Part shown: positions 25,117 through 29,411 of the stretch, one piece after another | Layout of the letters: every line of letters starts with the position of its first letter | Position numbering within the stretch: position 1 is the stretch's first letter | Source: a virus | Taxonomy: Duplodnaviria; Caudoviricetes | IMG/VR virus record: IMGVR_UViG_3300022930_000026 | Location: 1 to 29,411 of that record | Reading direction: 5' to 3' (one strand) | Length of the DNA: 29,411 nt | Program-made: the position numbers and the translations under genes | Notes under the pieces: generated by a model | Database searches by the model: none | What the model was told of the DNA's origin: nothing | Seen by the model: the letters and a program-made list of their open reading frames with translations, nothing else

Positions 25117-25458
25117 TTATATTTTAAATCCCATTTTTATTAACTCTTTTTTTTCATGGCTATTGAAGTTGAAACCCTCCAAAACATAACCATCAATATC
25201 AACTGTAAATTTCCTTTCGTTTAGGTTGTTTATCACAAAATAAGTATTTTCCACATCCAAACTTGGAACAACCCAAAAACCTCTCAACTCCCTTATTGCG
25301 GATTGAATTGCAACCGTTACCGAACTTGGATTAATCCCAAAAAACTCTCCTACTTCTTTATTATTCAATTCAGGGTGAGAAATAGAGTATTTGTACAATT
25401 CGATTACATTTATGTTTTTAGGCTTTCCCATCATTTCACTTCTTTTAATAGTTTGCAA
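25117..25458 (-). CDS. Putative HTH DNA-binding protein
   Basis: HPELNNKEVGEFFGINPSSVTVAI is a helix-turn-helix pattern. The start may be the downstream MMGKPK. Confidence 0.6.
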   Translation of the reverse strand: MQTIKRSEMMGKPKNINVIELYKYSISHPELNNKEVGEFFGINPSSVTVAIQSAIRELRGFWVVPSLDVENTYFVINNLNERKFTVDIDGYVLEGFNFNSHEKKELIKMGFKI

Positions 25459-25670
25459 TAATATTTTACAGTCAATGCAACTGCTTCATTTGTTTCTCCA
25501 ACACTAAGCAACTTATCAAATGTTTTTAACTTTCCGTTATTGTTAACTTGTATTTTCCATTTTCCTTTGAAACCAACAGGATAAACCTTTACATTATGCC
25601 TATGAACAAAATATATTTCCTCAGGACTTGCCGTTATTTGATGTGATGAACTCGATTTCTTTTTTGGCAC
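25431..25670 (-). CDS. Hypothetical protein (start uncertain)
   Basis: The GTG start overlaps the upstream gene by 50 nt. The body (VKVYPVGFKGKWKIQVNNNG) is protein-like. Confidence 0.55.
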   Translation of the reverse strand: MPKKKSSSSHQITASPEEIYFVHRHNVKVYPVGFKGKWKIQVNNNGKLKTFDKLLSVGETNEAVALTVKYYCKLLKEVK

Positions 25671-26079
25671 TTTCTAATTCTTTTTGATGTTTAGCCGTCA
25701 AATTTATAATCTCATATTCCAAAAGCTTCTTTTCAGATAGCAATTTTTCATTTGCCTTTGATTCTGTATTGTATAAAGCTACTGAATGCTTTGAAACTGT
25801 TTCTATGTGGTTGATGTATGACTGAACCCTAAATAATGCCTCTAACATTTGATTTAGCAATTTAAGCATTTCGGGTTTATCGGTTGCCTTTGCGTACCAT
25901 TCAGAAAACTTTTCCGTGATGAAAATTAAATCTGTTTGGTTTTTGTCCTCTGCAATCCATTGAGCAGTATCAGCATAATCAAACCTTTTTCTAATTTGCT
26001 CGAAATATTGCTTTTGAGCTTTGATGTTTGCCTTTTCAACTTCGCCAAATTCGCCTCTTTTATTTTCAAGTTCTTTCAT
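25621..26079 (-). CDS. Hypothetical coiled-coil protein
   Basis: 152 aa, directly after the helicase. Confidence 0.7.
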   Translation of the reverse strand: MKELENKRGEFGEVEKANIKAQKQYFEQIRKRFDYADTAQWIAEDKNQTDLIFITEKFSEWYAKATDKPEMLKLLNQMLEALFRVQSYINHIETVSKHSVALYNTESKANEKLLSEKKLLEYEIINLTAKHQKELESAKKEIEFITSNNGKS

Positions 26080-26090
26080 TTGGTTTAGTT

Positions 26091-27050
26091 TTAAAATGGA
26101 ACGGTATCATCATCTTCATCAATTTTATTTCCTGTAAGTTCTTCATATTTTGAGGTTGCATAAACATCATTATTATTTTCGTCTATGTAATAGAATTTTG
26201 CCAAAGTACGATTGAAAAACATTGTCACTTTTCCAACTTTTGCAACGCTTTTAGGCTTTGCCTTTGTAATCATAATATCGACTTCATTTGCCGAACCGTG
26301 TACCCTATGTACCGTTATCATACATTTTCCGTTGTTATACCATTCTGAACCTCCTTTCAAGTCGTAAGGCGTTGGAGCTTTCCTTGAACCATCCTTATCA
26401 GCTTCCGTTTTAGTTGGATGAATAACCGTATGAAAGTGCATTTTGTGGTGTTCTGCCATCAAATTACGGTAACTCAAAACATCTTCTAAATACTTATCAT
26501 CACGTCCGAAAGTTGTTCCATCTGGTGCTATTCCGTGCCTCATGTCTTTCCAACTGTCAATGGTGACTGTTTGTATTCCATCAGTCTTTTTCATTTCTGC
26601 TGCCAAATCCCAAAACTCATAAGGTGTCATTTTTGCTTTTAAATCAGTTTGAACCAATATTTTGAAATGTTCACAAACCCATTGCATATGATGCATAACT
26701 TCATTTTCAGTTATGTAATTTGAATTTATGTAACGTTTGTCGAAAGTCTTTCCCGAAACCTTATGAATCAAAATATCTAATATTTCATTCTTATCGCCAA
26801 CATCAGGAACGAAAAGCAAATGTTTCCACCCCTTGTATAAAGTTGCGTTTAAAAGCATTTCTAAAAGAAACTCCGATTTCCCAGATTGAGGGAATCCGGT
26901 CCAATCTGTAACTCCTGGCAAGCTCATTGTGTAATGCTGATGCAAAGGTGCAAAACCCAAGTAAATACCACGCAACGCCCCTTGTTTATGATATTCCAAT
27001 AAGCTTTCCTGTGCCGATTGTGCCGTTAGTATTTCGTAGCCTTTTATCAT
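26091..27050 (-). CDS. Replicative helicase, SF4 (DnaB / T7 gp4 / Twinkle-like), helicase domain only
   Basis: Walker A WTGFPQSGKSEF, Walker B VTIDSW, VIHPTK, YDLKGGSEWYN and an acidic tail DDDTVPF. Confidence 0.82.
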   Translation of the reverse strand: MIKGYEILTAQSAQESLLEYHKQGALRGIYLGFAPLHQHYTMSLPGVTDWTGFPQSGKSEFLLEMLLNATLYKGWKHLLFVPDVGDKNEILDILIHKVSGKTFDKRYINSNYITENEVMHHMQWVCEHFKILVQTDLKAKMTPYEFWDLAAEMKKTDGIQTVTIDSWKDMRHGIAPDGTTFGRDDKYLEDVLSYRNLMAEHHKMHFHTVIHPTKTEADKDGSRKAPTPYDLKGGSEWYNNGKCMITVHRVHGSANEVDIMITKAKPKSVAKVGKVTMFFNRTLAKFYYIDENNNDVYATSKYEELTGNKIDEDDDTVPF

Positions 27051-27056
27051 TTGTTT

Positions 27057-27764
27057 TTAGTAGTTAATGTGACCGTCTTTTACTTGTGAAATTGGTTTTT
27101 TATGTTCCATAGATGCGTAACGTTCAAATATTTTTGGTCTTGATAAGAATTCTAATGTTACGTACTTGTAATTTGTTTCTCTATGATGATTATCTGAATA
27201 GCAGTTATCAATTACTTTTACAATATCTTCTTTTGAGTACCCGTCTTTTATTCTAAGATTATAAGCCTTTTTTACTTCATCAGTAACCACTATGCTTTTT
27301 TTAGAATAAACTTTATTGAAGTAAGTTTTTAATTTTTCAAAATCAATAACATTATTATTCTTTTTTAAATCTGTTTTATAATCTGGTATTGGTTGGCGAA
27401 TTTCGTCTAATGGATTAGCGATTTCTGACAAATGCATTGGCGAAAAATCGCTAATGGGTGATTTTAAAGGGATACAATACCATTTTGTACGATCATAACC
27501 CTTTTTATTATGGTTTCCAACTTCTAAATAACCAAACTTTACCAACTTATTCAAGCACGTTTTTATCTGACTTTCTGAAAGGTAATCGAATACCTCATTA
27601 AATGCTTTTCCGCTGCTATACATCCAATAATTATCATCGTAAAAATGTCGTTTGTTTGCCTTATTAGTTCCTATCCAAAATTCAATATTTGACAAAATAA
27701 TTGCGGAATCCGTACCAACTTTTTTGGCAACTTCCGTATCGAAATTCATTTTAATAATACTCAT
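27057..27764 (-). CDS. Phage replication initiator protein
   Basis: wHTH-like N-terminus (VAKKVGTDSAIIL...YWMYSS...FDYLSESQIKTCLNKL...DRTKWY), a linker with DNA repeats, and a C-terminal domain (RIKDGYSKEDIVKVID...TLEFLSRPKIFERY). Upstream of the helicase. Start set at MSIIK, after the leader terminator. Confidence 0.8.
   Translation of the reverse strand: MSIIKMNFDTEVAKKVGTDSAIILSNIEFWIGTNKANKRHFYDDNYWMYSSGKAFNEVFDYLSESQIKTCLNKLVKFGYLEVGNHNKKGYDRTKWYCIPLKSPISDFSPMHLSEIANPLDEIRQPIPDYKTDLKKNNNVIDFEKLKTYFNKVYSKKSIVVTDEVKKAYNLRIKDGYSKEDIVKVIDNCYSDNHHRETNYKYVTLEFLSRPKIFERYASMEHKKPISQVKDGHINY
27393..27458. repeat. Three tandem 22-bp iterons (putative replication origin)
   Basis: ttggcgaatttcgtctaatgga / ttagcgatttctgacaaatgca / ttggcgaaaaatcgctaatggg; consensus TTRGCGA-N7-CWAATG; next to an AT-rich tract. 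Confidence 0.7.
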
Positions 27765-27771
27765 AATAAAC

Positions 27772-27880
27772 AAAAAAGCCTTAGGTTTCGTTGATGGTGG
27801 CAACTACTCCCTTAAGGCTTTAGGTAAAAAATGTCTTTAGATTGTGTTAAATCCACCATAGATAACACGTGACAAATATA
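27772..27880 (-). promoter_or_regulatory. Promoter plus two-hairpin attenuator leader of the replication operon
   Basis: -7 box TATATTTG (27873-80); hairpin 27844-68; terminator aaagcctta/taaggcttt (27775-27821) with U6. The two loops are complementary over 7 nt. Confidence 0.7.
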
Positions 27881-27886
27881 AAACAA

Positions 27887-28135
27887 TTATTCCAAATAAC
27901 TAATAGCTTCTTTAATTTCGTTTGCTTTCTGATTTTCATTAACCGAACGCTCGAAAGCTTCCGATACTTTGTTTTCCAGATGGTCCGAATATTTACGGCG
28001 AAGCATATTTAGTATTTGTACAGTTTCCAAATCTGAAAACTCAAACTCTACATCAGATGTTAATGATGCCATCAACTCCGAAACCCTTTTTTCCTGCTGT
28101 TGCTCTGTTGTGAGCTTTTTGAATAGTCCGAACAT
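27887..28135 (-). CDS. Hypothetical protein
   Basis: 82 aa helical ORF. Confidence 0.65.
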   Translation of the reverse strand: MFGLFKKLTTEQQQEKRVSELMASLTSDVEFEFSDLETVQILNMLRRKYSDHLENKVSEAFERSVNENQKANEIKEAISYLE

Positions 28136-28137
28136 GG

Positions 28138-28395
28138 TTATTTGGGTTTCTCCGTTGTTAAAACTTCACTTTTTTTAGTAGTCATAAAGCTAGGGGTTAA
28201 AGGCTTGTTGAAAGATAATAAACAAAGCCAAATTTCTCCTTTAAATAATATCCTTAACCGTTCTTTGAATGATAGTTGCCAACACATTACAACCTCGCCA
28301 TTTGCATCATTATTCTTAAATGCTGGTAACGATAAATATTCAGGTTGATTTTCTGCAAAAGTTACATTTGCCTCTTTAAATTTTTTTGGTTTCAT
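28138..28395 (-). CDS. Conserved-looking hypothetical phage protein
   Basis: MKPKKFKEANVTFAENQPEYLSLPA...CWQLSFKERLRILFKGEIWL is a pattern common in phages. Confidence 0.75.
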   Translation of the reverse strand: MKPKKFKEANVTFAENQPEYLSLPAFKNNDANGEVVMCWQLSFKERLRILFKGEIWLCLLSFNKPLTPSFMTTKKSEVLTTEKPK

Positions 28396-28559
28396 AATTT
28401 TTGATTTTTTAATTGTTTTAATTTTTGTTCACTATCTATAATCACTCCAATAAAAAAGGGATTTCTAGGATGTGTTCTTGCGTGAGATATTCTTTCTTCG
28501 TGCATCTTTTTAACTTTATCAACTCCAAGGTTTTTAATTAAGTGTTTTAATTCATCCAT
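28392..28559 (-). CDS. Small hypothetical protein (55 aa)
   Basis: Not in the track. MDELKHLIKNLGVDKVKKMHEERISHARTHPRNPFFIGVIIDSEQKLKQLKNQKL, with an ATGA overlap downstream. Confidence 0.65.
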   Translation of the reverse strand: MDELKHLIKNLGVDKVKKMHEERISHARTHPRNPFFIGVIIDSEQKLKQLKNQKL

Positions 28560-28561
28560 AA

Positions 28562-28936
28562 TTAATTGTCTTTAAATAAATCTAACGTTGATTCTTTTCT
28601 ACTTGCGTTTTCCGCTTGTTTTCGACTATAAGCAGCCGATATCCATCTTTTCAAATCCCTGCCGTGCGCGACCTTGTTTTTAGCCTTTACAAAGTCATAG
28701 TACAAAATCAAATTTTCATCGCTTAATGTCTTGAAAACAGCGCCGAAAACTCTACTTTCATCCGGCGGATCATTCCCCAAATCAAAATAAGCTTTTTTTA
28801 AATCCTCACTCGTGAAAGGCTTAAATTGAATCGATACCCATTCCCTTGCAAATCCTAAACATTTTAAATAGTAACTCTTGTTACCATTCTTGACAGTTTC
28901 GATTGCTTCTTCTTTGGTTTGGATTGGTTTAGTCAT
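28562..28936 (-). CDS. Hypothetical protein, possibly winged-helix
   Basis: 124 aa; FTSEDLK...RVFGAVFKTL...H...W pattern; overlaps the upstream stop. Confidence 0.65.
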   Translation of the reverse strand: MTKPIQTKEEAIETVKNGNKSYYLKCLGFAREWVSIQFKPFTSEDLKKAYFDLGNDPPDESRVFGAVFKTLSDENLILYYDFVKAKNKVAHGRDLKRWISAAYSRKQAENASRKESTLDLFKDN

Positions 28937-29411
28937 CGCTTAAAATTGTTTCAGAATCATAATCAAATCCGTCCGCCTCCCAAGCAATGCTAAAATCTTC
29001 ATTGGCGAACATTTCAACCAATCCAGAAATTTGAGAAAGCCTTAAAACTTCATCGGCATCCATTCCCAATTCTTTTGCAATCTTTTCAGGACTCCAATTT
29101 CTTTTTTTCAAGTCCACAACAATATCACTCATAGAATCAACACGGTGTTTTCCTCTTGCTCTGTTATGCCTAATTGTTGAAGCAACACGATTATTTTTGT
29201 CGGATTGACTTTCTCTAATTGTAACAACTGGCAAATAACCGTGAACCCTGCTTTGAATGTCGGCACATTCTTTTCCAACTCTGTTACGGTGGAATCCATC
29301 AATAACCTCTCTTGATCCGTCTAAGTTATCCATACTCACAATTGGCTGTGTATAGCCATCATTGGAAATTGAAAGCCTCAAAAGCTCCATTTCGGGAGGT
29401 GCTACTGAGGC
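28929..29411 (-). CDS. ibrB: IbrB/YbdM-like ParB N-terminal-domain protein (5' end outside the window)
   Basis: The frame is open to the window edge (ASVAPPEMELL). Motifs SISNDGYTQPIV, VIDGFHR, ASTIRHNRARGKH, IAKELGMDADEVLRLSQISGL and FSIAW are characteristic of IbrB/YbdM. Confidence 0.85.
   Translation of the reverse strand, partial: ASVAPPEMELLRLSISNDGYTQPIVSMDNLDGSREVIDGFHRNRVGKECADIQSRVHGYLPVVTIRESQSDKNNRVASTIRHNRARGKHRVDSMSDIVVDLKKRNWSPEKIAKELGMDADEVLRLSQISGLVEMFANEDFSIAWEADGFDYDSETILSDD

Noticed and set aside
25632-25634. Possible ACG start (ACG GCA AGT CCT) for the 25431 gene
   Set aside because: Plausible from the overlap pattern, but an in-frame GTG exists upstream and the question needs homologs.
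27765-27803. N-terminal extension of the initiator (MPPSTKPKAFLFI)
   Set aside because: It lies within the terminator hairpin of the leader; the ATG at 27764 is preferred.
152-28348. Many plus-strand ORFs in the track (e.g. 152-367, 6893-7168, 14088-14327, 19027-19350, 24627-24995)
   Set aside because: They are antisense shadows of well-supported minus-strand genes, with Ser/Phe/Leu-rich composition and no independent signals. Only the 7643 and 7853 ORFs sit in free space.
1-29411. CRISPR array, tRNA, rRNA, integrase/att site, reverse transcriptase or DGR repeats
   Set aside because: None seen by eye: no spaced repeats, cloverleaf, tyrosine/serine recombinase or RT motifs.

Overview
AT-rich segment of a tailed (siphovirus-like) phage or prophage of a Bacteroidota host, probably Flavobacterium-like. 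Host evidence: TAnnTTTG -7 promoter boxes, AT-rich start regions, lipoproteins with acidic residues after the Cys, and a PorT-like OMP. Almost all genes are on the minus strand. From right to left: an IbrB/YbdM-like ParB protein (cut by the window edge); a replication initiator with internal 22-bp iterons and a kissing-loop leader; an SF4 helicase; a RusA-like resolvase; a PP-loop (PAPS-reductase-like) enzyme; a NinG-like nuclease; SSB; a ~3.0-kb IS1595-family element (16729-19725, 23-bp inverted repeats, no target duplication) carrying a P63C gene, a highly structured ~285-nt leader and an outer-membrane beta-barrel gene; TerS and TerL; a ~3.3-kb block of small accessory genes between TerL and portal, including two lipoproteins; portal; a two-gene plus-strand insert; scaffold, decoration and major capsid; neck and tail genes; and the start of the tape measure gene. 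The most unusual signals are (i) a structured 170-nt RNA after the major tail stop codon, with an in-frame F-S-x-x-F peptide suggesting readthrough, (ii) the cargo-carrying IS1595 with its switch-like leader, and (iii) the 7-nt kissing-loop attenuator ahead of the replication gene. All product calls come from motif recognition and synteny; no database searches were run.
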